A stretch of DNA of 64,000 nt from Desulfatiglandales bacterium (GCA_963667015.2 CAXXJJ010000004.1:3776001-3840000), one strand, 5' to 3'. Shown: positions 50,311-59,924, counted from the stretch's first letter. Notes: generated by a model not told the origin, from the sequence alone. Program-made: numbers and translations.

Positions 50311-51117
50311 TCAGCCCGAATATTTTTTTGAAATAGCCTCAATTACCGCCCTGGCAATTATTTTTGCCTGAGGTGTAATTTCAAAGCAGATGTCCCTGTC
50401 ATTACCGGGATGAATGTCCCCAAGTTTTTGCCCCTTCCTGACACTGGCCGGAGTCCGTATAAGTCCCCAGACAATACCTGAAATCGGCGAAAGCAGTTTT
50501 ATGTCATCTACATACCCTATTATCCCGCCTTTTTTGACACTGTCTCCAATATCCTTTATCCCGGAGAGGGTGCCTGACCCCGGACTGGTTAAAAGCCTTT
50601 CAAGTGACTTACCCAGTACCTCGGTAGGTATTCCTGTATGCTCTTCAGCACATCCTTCCTCGATAACCTTTCCAAGTTCATGGATGTTCGGGTTTGTTTC
50701 AATAACATAATGGACATCTTTTCCGGCATAAAACCCGGGACCGAGGGCAATAACAAGGGGAGCCTGATCTATATGTGTGCCGGTATTCCTCTTTGCAAGG
50801 ATGCTGTCAACGATTATGTCGGGACAGATACTTTTAATAAGCTCATTATCCGGGGTGATAAGGAGGGGGATGACACCCTTTGACCACAGGGCATTTACAG
50901 AGTCAATCGATGGATCAGCCTTTTCGCAGACAATGCCCTTTACCTCTTTTCTTTGTTCAATTGCAGCTTCGCAAAAACATACACCCCTTCTTTCTGCCAG
51001 GGGATAAGGGAGGTCAGTCATTATAAGTCTTGTGAATCCATTGGAGAAAAGCTCATGAGCAACAGCGCTTGCCTTTTCTCCTGCACCCTTGATTAAAATA
51101 GTAAGTAATTTATTCAT
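50311..51117 (-). CDS. yqeB: Selenium-dependent molybdenum hydroxylase system protein YqeB
   Basis: IKGAGEKASAVA, RRGVCFCEA, DSILAKRNTGT, IALGPGFYAGKD.HYVIET, KLGDIHP. Confidence 0.88.
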   Translation of the reverse strand: MNKLLTILIKGAGEKASAVAHELFSNGFTRLIMTDLPYPLAERRGVCFCEAAIEQRKEVKGIVCEKADPSIDSVNALWSKGVIPLLITPDNELIKSICPDIIVDSILAKRNTGTHIDQAPLVIALGPGFYAGKDVHYVIETNPNIHELGKVIEEGCAEEHTGIPTEVLGKSLERLLTSPGSGTLSGIKDIGDSVKKGGIIGYVDDIKLLSPISGIVWGLIRTPASVRKGQKLGDIHPGNDRDICFEITPQAKIIARAVIEAISKKYSG

Positions 51118-51129
51118 TTCTGTTTTTTA

Positions 51130-51840
51130 TCAGCGAATATCCACTTTTACCCTGATTTGTTTGTCCGGATAGATGTCACTGTCTGTCTTCAGTGAAACAT
51201 AGTCGCTGTATTTACCTTTTTCTTTCTTTAAACTTGTGATGGTTACCTTGTATTTACTCGGTTCCGAGCTCTCAATTTCTTCCAGTTTGACAGCTATATT
51301 TCCTTTTTTTGATTCGGCAGAAAGCACGTTTAACGGGTGCCTCCTGTCATGGGAAATAAAAATTTCGGCCTTAAGATTTTCTCCTTCATTGCCCTCAAGG
51401 GTTACCCTGGTCGGTTCAATAATAAGGATTGGATCCACATTGCCCTTTATTGAAAGATCAAAACTCTCTTTGTTCGGATCATTGCTGTCACCCCGCACCT
51501 TATAATCAACCGTCCCGCTCGATCCCTTGCTGTCAAATTCAAGGGTAACAACACCCTTTTCACCGGGCATGATTTTCTCTGTATAGTCTGCAACAGCACA
51601 TGCGCAGTTTGATCTTACCCTCGGGATCAGCAGCGGCTCATCGCCTTTATTCTCAATAATAAAATCACGGGTAATTACTGTACTCTCAAGTATGGTCCCG
51701 AAATCATAGGTGTCTTTTTCAATATAGAGAACAGGGGCGGCTCCGGCTTCAACGGAAAACCCAAGCAACAGGACACCATAATAAAATAAACATGAAACAG
51801 CAAATACTATTCTATGGAGATATTTTTTAACTTTTTTCAT
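51130..51840 (-). CDS. DUF1573-domain secreted protein
   Basis: YDFG...F.IENKGDEPL.I..VRSNCAC.....IMPGEKG. Confidence 0.85.
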   Translation of the reverse strand: MKKVKKYLHRIVFAVSCLFYYGVLLLGFSVEAGAAPVLYIEKDTYDFGTILESTVITRDFIIENKGDEPLLIPRVRSNCACAVADYTEKIMPGEKGVVTLEFDSKGSSGTVDYKVRGDSNDPNKESFDLSIKGNVDPILIIEPTRVTLEGNEGENLKAEIFISHDRRHPLNVLSAESKKGNIAVKLEEIESSEPSKYKVTITSLKKEKGKYSDYVSLKTDSDIYPDKQIRVKVDIR

Positions 51841-52016
51841 AATATTACCCCGACCTTGTTATATTAAAATTTGATCTTTATATATAGTAATTTTCAAAAT
51901 TCATTGCAAGTAGTTGCAAGACATTGGACATCACAGGTAACCGATTTATTCATAAAACAGGCCGGCAACTATCGTTTTATCCAATCCATCCCGAATTATT
52001 TATCGGAATATACAAC

Positions 52017-52045
52017 TTGACAAATTTGTCGCCCATTTATAAGTA
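52017..52045 (+). promoter_or_regulatory. Putative sigma70 promoter
   Basis: TTGACA followed by TATAAG/TAAGTA at 15-17 nt. Confidence 0.5.
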
Positions 52046-52088
52046 GAATATGTATCATTGAAATATTCAATTTTTTACCGGAGTTTTT

Positions 52089-52148
52089 ATGAAGATATTT
52101 TTCGGCTTTACCTGAGGGATTAACAGGTTATCTACCCGGGTCTGGTAG
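52089..52148 (+). other. Candidate selenocysteine leader peptide (MKIFFGFT-U-GINRLSTRVW) with SECIS-like hairpin
   Basis: GGAG RBS 5 nt before ATG; UGA at 52113-52115; CUACCCGG-GU-CUGGUAG hairpin at 52132-52148. Confidence 0.5.
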
Positions 52149-52350
52149 TCCAGGGAACGGCTGAAGAATAATTATCAACATCATATAACAATCAAAAAAC
52201 ACTTCTCCCTACCCCTGGCCTTTAATTTGTTGCCACCTGCAATCAGGGAAAACCTGTCCCTTCATACTATATTAGTACCAGGCAATAAATAAATCAGCGC
52301 AAAAAAACTCATCCCTTAATGTGCGAAATCGCCAGAAAGGAAGGTTAAAA

Positions 52351-52851
52351 ATGAAATATGTCAAGGTCAGCGCAAGAGTCGAACGCCGTATCAAATCTCT
52401 TGAACAGTCCGACAAAGCTGGAAAGATAATAGCAAAAAAGGCTGAAAGCATTATTGAAGATATAAAATCGGGCGCCACGGCTGAACACCGGGAACAAAAA
52501 GGCATGTTTACAAAATACGGAGAGAAAAGGATCAAGTATTGCAGGAAATATGATTTCGGATGCGGCTATCGCATGATTACCCTGCAACAGGACTCAACGA
52601 TTCTGGTTCCCTTTTTAGGCACCCATGACGAATGTCACCGATGGCTGGAAACCAATAATAAATCAAAACATATCGCTGCAGGAAACGGAACGGTTGTTTC
52701 TGTTCAATATGAAAGACAGGATGAGGAAGATTCCCCCTGTGATGAGATTCCTGAGCTATTTATGGATGAAACCCCACTGGACATAAGCGAACAGGATTTA
52801 CGGGTTGTGTTTCGCGGTCTGGTAGAGGGCGCAAAGAGGAGATCAAGGTAA
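52351..52851 (+). CDS. Hypothetical protein, possible RelE-like fold
   Basis: GAAGG RBS; TKYGEKRI..CRKYDFGCGYRMIT...FLGTHDEC pattern. Confidence 0.6.
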   Translation: MKYVKVSARVERRIKSLEQSDKAGKIIAKKAESIIEDIKSGATAEHREQKGMFTKYGEKRIKYCRKYDFGCGYRMITLQQDSTILVPFLGTHDECHRWLETNNKSKHIAAGNGTVVSVQYERQDEEDSPCDEIPELFMDETPLDISEQDLRVVFRGLVEGAKRRSR

Positions 52852-52861
52852 GAGACCGATT

Positions 52862-53911
52862 ATGACCATGGCATCACAGTGGAAAAACGAATATAAAATT
52901 CTGAAAAACTATATTAAATCAAATCCGGAAATCTCAATTGGTATGTACGAAACCTCCATACCTGAGGATTTTCGCGGGAAATTTTACGCACTCTTTGACA
53001 ATGTGCGAAAGGCCTTCGTTGAGTCATGGGTCAGCTCATTTGATCTCGATTTTCATTCCCTTGGAAAAAACTTTATTGAAGCGGAAAAGACAATCGCCCA
53101 AAGCTTAAACCTCAAGCATATGGATTTACCGGTTGATCTGGCCAGTTTTCTGCATAACCCGGAAAAAGGCATGATGCGTCTTCTATATAATCGCCTTTTT
53201 GAGCTTATTCAGGGTAAAATAGCAGAAGCTGACTTTGAGAAGATGGCTGAAGAGGACCTCAACCCGAGCGCCTACAATTTTTTCCGGCTGGGTTATGAGC
53301 AGTGGGCCGCTGTTTCCATCCTGCTGTTGCTTGAGCCGGATGAAATCCATGGTGTCAGCCTTGATGATGATTATAATCTCTGTATATCGGAACTGAATCA
53401 GATTACTTTCGGAAAACAGTATCATCACCCTGCCAAGCGTATCCCTGAATTTATTATTCACTCAAAAAGACTGGAGAGTTATATAGCCTTTAAAATGCCC
53501 CTGGCAACGTCTGTGGAGTTTTACTGTCTTCCGCCGGAAATTCCCACAAAGAGAATACTGAGAGATCGTACAGGAGATACGTCTCAGGTCCTTGGGTCCA
53601 GAATGCTCTTTCTGGCTGTTGTACCGGACCTGAAAAAACTGCCGGTATTTGCCGATTTACATGAGCGGACAATATGCGGGCCTGATTTAACTTTAGAATT
53701 TTTAACGGGGTATGAGCTCTCTGACCCGGCAGCCCTCCAGAAGGTTCAAACGCATGTGGAAATTATGAAACCACCCCTTGGGGGAAATATAGTGCTTGTT
53801 GACAATAACCCGGATACTGTGCCGGATAAAAGGGAAACAGGTATGGATATATTTTCAGTAAGGCTTGATCAGTCAGGATTACAACCAATTATAGATAAAT
53901 TAGCTAATTAA
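52862..53911 (+). CDS. Hypothetical protein (349 aa)
   Basis: Long ORF in operon position; no recognised motif. Confidence 0.7.
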   Translation: MTMASQWKNEYKILKNYIKSNPEISIGMYETSIPEDFRGKFYALFDNVRKAFVESWVSSFDLDFHSLGKNFIEAEKTIAQSLNLKHMDLPVDLASFLHNPEKGMMRLLYNRLFELIQGKIAEADFEKMAEEDLNPSAYNFFRLGYEQWAAVSILLLLEPDEIHGVSLDDDYNLCISELNQITFGKQYHHPAKRIPEFIIHSKRLESYIAFKMPLATSVEFYCLPPEIPTKRILRDRTGDTSQVLGSRMLFLAVVPDLKKLPVFADLHERTICGPDLTLEFLTGYELSDPAALQKVQTHVEIMKPPLGGNIVLVDNNPDTVPDKRETGMDIFSVRLDQSGLQPIIDKLAN

Positions 53912-53943
53912 CCTATTACCCATTATACTTCAGGAGGAAAAAA

Positions 53944-54663
53944 ATGGCTGATGAAAAAACCAACGTTAACCGCAGAAGCTTTCTTAAGAATGCGGGCGTC
54001 ATCATCGGCGGCAGCGCTATCGGAGCCGCGGGTATGACTTTAAGACCTGAAATGGCACAGGCCGCAGACGCTGTTAAATCAGTGCCAAAAACCGTTACAC
54101 AGTTCCGTTGCCCGGTGTGTAATAAAAACTTCAGCAGCTTTGCTGAATTGAAGCATCATTTTCAGACCGATCACCCGGAAAATGTTATGCCCACCACCAC
54201 AAAGCTCAATATCAACGGAGAGGATTGCGAGGTCCTGATAGAGCCCCACTGGACTCTTCAGCGTACACTCCAGTTCAAGCTGGGCCTGAGCGGCGCCAAA
54301 CACATGTGCGGCCGGGGTGCATGCGGGTCATGTACTGTAATCATGGATGGCAGGGCAATCCTGTCATGTACTACTCTGGCAGTTGAGTGTGAAGGAAAAG
54401 CAATCCAGACCGTAGAAGGTATTGCGGCTGATCCCAAATGGAGACCCCTCATTGATTCTTACTGTAAGTGGGATGCCATGCAGTGCGGTTACTGTACACC
54501 CGGGATGCTGGTTTCCGCGAAAAACCTTCTTGATAAAACACCCAATCCTACAGCGGAAGACTGTAAACAGGCCCTCGCTGGCAACCTGTGCAGCTGCGGC
54601 ACATATCACCGACACCCCACAGCTATTTTGGAAGCTGCCCAGACAATAAAAGGAGGTGCATAA
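53944..54663 (+). CDS. Xanthine oxidase-family 2x[2Fe-2S] subunit with Tat signal and C2H2-like finger
   Basis: NRRSFLK; CGRGACGSC..C; QCGYCTPG..CSC; CPVC..F..L..H..H. Confidence 0.92.
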   Translation: MADEKTNVNRRSFLKNAGVIIGGSAIGAAGMTLRPEMAQAADAVKSVPKTVTQFRCPVCNKNFSSFAELKHHFQTDHPENVMPTTTKLNINGEDCEVLIEPHWTLQRTLQFKLGLSGAKHMCGRGACGSCTVIMDGRAILSCTTLAVECEGKAIQTVEGIAADPKWRPLIDSYCKWDAMQCGYCTPGMLVSAKNLLDKTPNPTAEDCKQALAGNLCSCGTYHRHPTAILEAAQTIKGGA

Positions 54664-54664
54664 C

Positions 54665-57022
54665 ATGGCAGATTTAACTGTAAACGGAGACAGAAAAGAA
54701 TTCAAGGTAGTAGGGAAACCACATCTGCCCGGTAAACTGTCATGGGCAGTAGCAACCGGTGTGGCAAAATTCGGAGCAGACTATGTGATTCCGGATATGG
54801 TTGAAGCAAAATTCATGCGCAGCCCCTATGCCCATGCCAAGATAAAAAGCTATAACCTGAAAAAGGCCCTGGCTGTTCCAGGTGTTGTGGACATAGTCAC
54901 ATATGACGATCCGGATATGCAGAAATTTAAACTCAGCGGCCTTATGGGCGGTTCACCATATCCTTTTCTTGACAGTGTTGCCCATGAGGAAAACGGGGTA
55001 GTCGGATTTATAGTCGTTGCGGAAAACGAGGATATCTGCGAAGAGGTGTTAAGGCAGATTGACGTGGAATGGGAAGAACTGCCAAATGTAACTGACATTA
55101 AAAAAGGAAGAGAGAATGATGCCCCGGTAATACGTCCCGAGGATCGAAGCGGCCCCGGTGGATTCAGCAGAGGACCCAGCAATAATCCGCCTAAAAAGGG
55201 AAATGTCGCCTTTTCCAATCAGAACCAGGGTGATGTGGAACAGGGTTTTAAAGAGGCTGACTACATTGTTGAGTACGACCTTAATATGCCTACATACGCA
55301 TCAGCCTCACCAAATCCTCACGGATCAGTAGCGTGGTGGTTTGACGATCCCTACCTGGGCAGGGACAATATCCACATAGAAGGCGCTGTCTGGCATGCCA
55401 GCGGCGGTAAAAATGCAATCGCGCAGCTTTACGGCCTGCCTCCGGAAAAGACGGTACAGGAAGGTCTCTTCCAGGGCGGCAAATACTGCGACTGGACAAT
55501 ACGCAGATCACAGAAAATCACTCCCTTTCTTTCAAAAAGGGTGGGAAGGCCTGTACGCTGTATAAACGAACGCAAGGACACCTTTGACTTTATGGTCTCC
55601 CAGCGTTTTATGCACATGAAGGTCGGATTTAAAAAGGACGGCACAATAACCGCCTTTGATGACTTCTCAATAGCTGACGGCGGAACCCCGGGCAATTCAT
55701 TCTTCGGCACCTCGGGCGACCAGGGCTACAGCCCATACATTGGCACAAAATGTAAGAACATAAGACAGAATATGGATATTGTAGACAGCAACCGCGGTCT
55801 TATGGCCTTCAGCTCACAGTTCTGTCCCTTTAACTGGGATTCAGTCACTATGGCAATACATATGATTGCCGAAAAACTCGGAAAAGACCCCATTGATATC
55901 GCAAGAATCAATCTTCACGGCCCTGACGGTCAGGATGACAACAGACCTGTTCCAAGCTTTGACGCATGCATTGAAGCCGGAAAAAAAATGATGAACTGGA
56001 AATGGCATAAAAACGGCGCAAAGAGGCTTAAAGACGGAAGACTCCACGGCGCCGGCTTCAGATATCAGATGTGCCCTAGACATTCAATGGGTTCGGATTT
56101 TCACGCTGTACTCGAGCTTCGGGACGGTGTAGTGCACCTGCCGATACAGGGCCCCCATGCAGGAGTATTTTCCGTTGAAGGCGTTGCCATGATTGCGGCT
56201 GAAGAACTCGGCCTCAGGTTCGAGGATATCAGCATTGATTACGATCCCAATGCAATGTTCGTATCCATCAGCGGAGGGGCAGACGGGCTTGTAAATACCG
56301 GATGGGTTTTAAAACAATGCGCTCACAAATTAAGGAAGGAAATTTTTGAGGCAGCTATTGCCGAGGCCGAAAAACCTGCCCCCATGGGCTTCGGCTTTGG
56401 ACCACCTCGAAAGGCTGCTCCAAATCCGTTGAAGGGCAAAAAACCCGAAGACCTGGATATAATAGACGGAATGATCGTGCTTAAGTCTGACAACACAAAA
56501 GGAGTACCGCTTAAGAGCCTTACATCAAATGTATATGCGACATTTGCCGGCTGTGCGCCTAATCCAGTATGGCCAAGCAAGTACGATCTTTTAAACACCC
56601 TGTACTGTGAAGTAGCCGTGGATGAAGAAACCGGTGAAGTAGAAGTCCTGAGATACGAAGCGGCTGTTGACTCCGGCAAGGTAATAAGGCTTACCTCCCT
56701 TGAAAGTCAGCTTAACCAGGTTGCGATCTTCAGCCAGGGATGCCAGCTCTATGAGGACTATTTCTATGATCCTAAAACAGGTATTAAACTCAACCATAAT
56801 TATATTGAGTACAAAAAAGCGGGTATGCTGGATGTAACGGACGTTAAGGAGCCGGAATTGATAGAGACCCGCGCCGGCAACGGGGTATACGGTGCAAATG
56901 GCATAAGCCATTCAATGGCGAACACGCACCTTATTATCTGTGCTATCTACAACGCCATTGGCAAATGGGTTGATCCGCCTGCTACACCGGACAAGGTTCT
57001 CGCGGCACTGGGCAAGATATAA
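54665..57022 (+). CDS. Xanthine oxidase-family molybdopterin-binding large subunit (atypical active site)
   Basis: RSPYAHAKI, GDVEQGFKEAD, EVAVDEETGEVEV, AIYNAIG..PATPDKVL; GGAGG RBS. Confidence 0.9.
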   Translation: MADLTVNGDRKEFKVVGKPHLPGKLSWAVATGVAKFGADYVIPDMVEAKFMRSPYAHAKIKSYNLKKALAVPGVVDIVTYDDPDMQKFKLSGLMGGSPYPFLDSVAHEENGVVGFIVVAENEDICEEVLRQIDVEWEELPNVTDIKKGRENDAPVIRPEDRSGPGGFSRGPSNNPPKKGNVAFSNQNQGDVEQGFKEADYIVEYDLNMPTYASASPNPHGSVAWWFDDPYLGRDNIHIEGAVWHASGGKNAIAQLYGLPPEKTVQEGLFQGGKYCDWTIRRSQKITPFLSKRVGRPVRCINERKDTFDFMVSQRFMHMKVGFKKDGTITAFDDFSIADGGTPGNSFFGTSGDQGYSPYIGTKCKNIRQNMDIVDSNRGLMAFSSQFCPFNWDSVTMAIHMIAEKLGKDPIDIARINLHGPDGQDDNRPVPSFDACIEAGKKMMNWKWHKNGAKRLKDGRLHGAGFRYQMCPRHSMGSDFHAVLELRDGVVHLPIQGPHAGVFSVEGVAMIAAEELGLRFEDISIDYDPNAMFVSISGGADGLVNTGWVLKQCAHKLRKEIFEAAIAEAEKPAPMGFGFGPPRKAAPNPLKGKKPEDLDIIDGMIVLKSDNTKGVPLKSLTSNVYATFAGCAPNPVWPSKYDLLNTLYCEVAVDEETGEVEVLRYEAAVDSGKVIRLTSLESQLNQVAIFSQGCQLYEDYFYDPKTGIKLNHNYIEYKKAGMLDVTDVKEPELIETRAGNGVYGANGISHSMANTHLIICAIYNAIGKWVDPPATPDKVLAALGKI

Positions 57023-57105
57023 TAAAAGCAAGGTTCAAGGTTTAAGGCTTAAGGTTCAGGGTAAAGGCCTTAAATCTAAACCAAAAAGCTAACAAGGAGA
57101 AAAAA

Positions 57106-58082
57106 ATGAAGCCATTTAATCATACAAATGCAACATCAATTGCAGAAATCAAAACAGCCCTTGCCGACGGTAAAACTACGCTTATTGCAGGCGGGACTGA
57201 TCTATTAGGGACACTCAAGGATAATATCCTTCGCGACTACCCTTCTACAGTAATTAATATTAAAACCGTTCCCGGGCTTGATTATATCAAGGAAGAAAAG
57301 GGAATACTCAAAATAGGAGCAACAACACGTCTGGCAGATATTGCGGCTGATCCCACTGTGCAGAAGAAATACACTGCACTGGCCCAGGCAGCGTCACGTG
57401 TAGCTTCACCCCATATCCGGGACATGGGTACCATAGCTGGAAATATTGCACAGCTTCACAGGTGCTGGTATTTTCGCAAACCGGAAAACCGCTTTGACTG
57501 TAAACGAAAGGGAGGATCAACATGCTTTGCCATGAGCGGTGACAACCGTTACCACTCAATCTTTGGTGCAGAAGGCGGGTGCCTTGCGGTTCATCCCAGT
57601 GATACAGCTCCCGCACTTATAGCACTCAACGCAAAGATAGTTACGGACAGCAGGACAATTGAGGCGGATAATTTTTTTGAGGTAAAACAGCCTGGGAATA
57701 CGGTTCTTGCGAAGGATGAAATAATCACTGAAATTCAGATCCCTGAGCCTCCAAAGGGCTGTAAAAGTGCATTTATCAAATTTGCCTCGCAGGGAAGAGC
57801 GTCCGTAAATCCATTGACTTCCCCATTGTAAACTGTGCGGTAATGGTCGGTGGCAAAGAACCAAGGATTTGTCTGAACGCCGTTGCACCCAGGCCTTATC
57901 GTGCAACAAAGGCAGAAGAAGCCATCGCAGGGAAGAGCGTTAAAAAGCTCAATGAAAAGCTGGCTGATGCAGCAGGGGAGGCGGCTGTTTCCGAGGTAAA
58001 ATCATTTCCCAGTGCAGCCCAGTTTAAAAAACAGATAGCTAAAACCATTGTAAAACGGGCAATTCTTATGGCGACAGCCTGA
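57106..58082 (+). CDS. Xanthine oxidase-family FAD-binding subunit, frameshifted near 57787-57802
   Basis: AGGTDL, IRDMGTIAGN, 4Fe-4S insert (RCWYFR..C...C...C), HPSD. The expected RKSIDFPIVNCA continuation is in another frame that joins ORF 57843..58082. Confidence 0.85.
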
Positions 58083-58159
58083 TAAGGATGATGCAATATT
58101 TAGACTAGGGAAGAACAGATCGTTCTTCCCTGTTGTTTTATATGAATAAGGAGGAAACG

Positions 58160-58477
58160 ATGTTAACAGTAACAGACAAGGCAAACGAAAAGATCACAGA
58201 TTTTCTTAAGGCCCAGAAAGACCCGTCATGCATAAGGTTTTTCCTCTCAGAAGGCGGCTGCTCAGGGCCTTCTATTGGAATGGCTCTTGATGAGCCGTCA
58301 GAAAATGATGAGGTTATAAAAGACAACGGGGTAACCTACTTAATTGACAAAATGCTGCTGGAAAAGGCAAAACCGATAAGTGTTGACTTTATTGAATCTG
58401 AGACCGGTTCGGGTTTTTCAATCTCCTCCAGTTTACCAAAGGGAACAGGGTGCAGCTCTTGCTCAAGCTGCTCCTGA
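58160..58477 (+). CDS. HesB/IscA-like protein (Cys form)
   Basis: MLTVTDKA...EGGCSGPSIGMALDEP...CSSCSSCS; AGGAGG RBS. Confidence 0.85.
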   Translation: MLTVTDKANEKITDFLKAQKDPSCIRFFLSEGGCSGPSIGMALDEPSENDEVIKDNGVTYLIDKMLLEKAKPISVDFIESETGSGFSISSSLPKGTGCSSCSSCS

Positions 58478-58530
58478 TCAGATAAAATACAGGGATTTTC
58501 AATTCAACTTAATACAGAAGGAGAAAAGAG

Positions 58531-59403
58531 ATGAAATATGCCAAATTAATGATTTTGTCGGGTGTATTGCTGTCGATTCTGGCCGCAGGAACTGTTTACG
58601 CAGCGGCCCAGGATCAGTGGGAGGTATTAATACCCAGGGCAATCGACGGGGTGAAGGTGAGAATGGCTGCATTCCACAACGAAAACTTTGGCGTCTGGGG
58701 CGGAGCCGGGGACGAAGGCGCCCAGCACTATACCCTTGACGGAGGCAAGACCTGGACGGCGGCAAAGACCGGAGGCTGCATGTTCTCCGTGGATATCGTG
58801 GATACTGACACAATATGGCAATCCTGTCTGAGCGGTACAAGTCTGACTGTAGACGGCGGGAAAAACTGGAAGGTCATTGCAAAAGATGTCGGCGGTCTGG
58901 CCAGCATCCTTGCCTTTGCGGATGCAAAGACAGGATGGGTAGGTTCCGCAAATAAGTTTAAAGTGACCAGGGACGGCGGGGCAACGTGGAATGAACTGAC
59001 CCTGCCCGAAGGAGTCAACGCTGTTGCTGCAATTTCACTCCGCACTCCGACCGACGGGTACCTGATAGGAAAGGATGGTGTCCTGTACATTACAAATGAC
59101 TGCGGCAAGTCCTGGAAGTCCGGTTCACTGGGCCTTGAAAACCCTGTTATTTCCGGGTTCGACAACGATTGGGTCGAGACTCCGCAGGCTGCCGTGCGTT
59201 TTACCGACGCCAAAAATGGCCTGGTCGTTCTGGGACTTTCAGGCAATGAGAATATGATTGCCCTGCGAACAGAAGACGGCGGGAAATCCTGGAAAAAAGA
59301 AAACGTACCCGCTAAACCGGGGAAACCCTTTATCTCCCGTGACGGAAAATTTTTGACGATAAGCAAATGGCAGGTAGGGCTTACACTCCTCAAAGCCAAC
59401 TAG
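58531..59403 (+). CDS. Secreted BNR/Asp-box (YCF48-like) repeat protein
   Basis: Signal peptide; five T-x-D-(G/C)-G-x-x-W Asp-boxes. Confidence 0.85.
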   Translation: MKYAKLMILSGVLLSILAAGTVYAAAQDQWEVLIPRAIDGVKVRMAAFHNENFGVWGGAGDEGAQHYTLDGGKTWTAAKTGGCMFSVDIVDTDTIWQSCLSGTSLTVDGGKNWKVIAKDVGGLASILAFADAKTGWVGSANKFKVTRDGGATWNELTLPEGVNAVAAISLRTPTDGYLIGKDGVLYITNDCGKSWKSGSLGLENPVISGFDNDWVETPQAAVRFTDAKNGLVVLGLSGNENMIALRTEDGGKSWKKENVPAKPGKPFISRDGKFLTISKWQVGLTLLKAN

Positions 59404-59414
59404 GTGTTCCTTTT

Positions 59415-59924
59415 ATGATCACAGGTATTATGCAATGGCTTTTCCCGTGTTTTCTTTCACTTAAGAAGCATAATACCTGTATTCATATCCCGTGCGTTCT
59501 GCACTGGCTGTTTCGATTCATTCTGTCCGGCATCTTTTTATACAGCGGCTATGTCAAATGGAAAAGTCCGTTGCGGTTCGAGGCGGTGCTTTATGCATAT
59601 GACCTGTTTCCGGACGTATATATTCCTGCCATAGCCCTGTATTTCCCCTGGGTTGAAATAATTCTTGGCCTGTTACTCCTGATTGGATTCAGACGAAAGA
59701 TCCGATATCTGGCCGGAGCCTCCACCATGCTGCTGCTTTTTTTTATAACCATTATAATCATCACCTATTTCCGGGGGATTGAAGTAGATTGCGGATGCCT
59801 GGGCTTCGACGATCCGATCTCTCCCTGGACAATCGCCCGCGATACCCTGATGCTCATTCCTGCCATTTATCTGCTGTTCGCAGACCCTCTGCTTCGCAGA
59901 AGCCTTAAGAGTCCAACCCCTTAA
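59415..59924 (+). CDS. MauE/DoxX-family redox membrane protein
   Basis: RFILSGIFLYSGYVK, FPWVEIILG, GIEVDCGCLG, TIARD. Confidence 0.85.
   Translation: MITGIMQWLFPCFLSLKKHNTCIHIPCVLHWLFRFILSGIFLYSGYVKWKSPLRFEAVLYAYDLFPDVYIPAIALYFPWVEIILGLLLLIGFRRKIRYLAGASTMLLLFFITIIIITYFRGIEVDCGCLGFDDPISPWTIARDTLMLIPAIYLLFADPLLRRSLKSPTP

Noticed and set aside
58475..58534. Readthrough of the HesB-like stop TGA after CSSCSSCS
   Set aside because: The Cys-rich tail is a normal C-terminus, and the downstream sequence is AT-rich with no SECIS-like stem.
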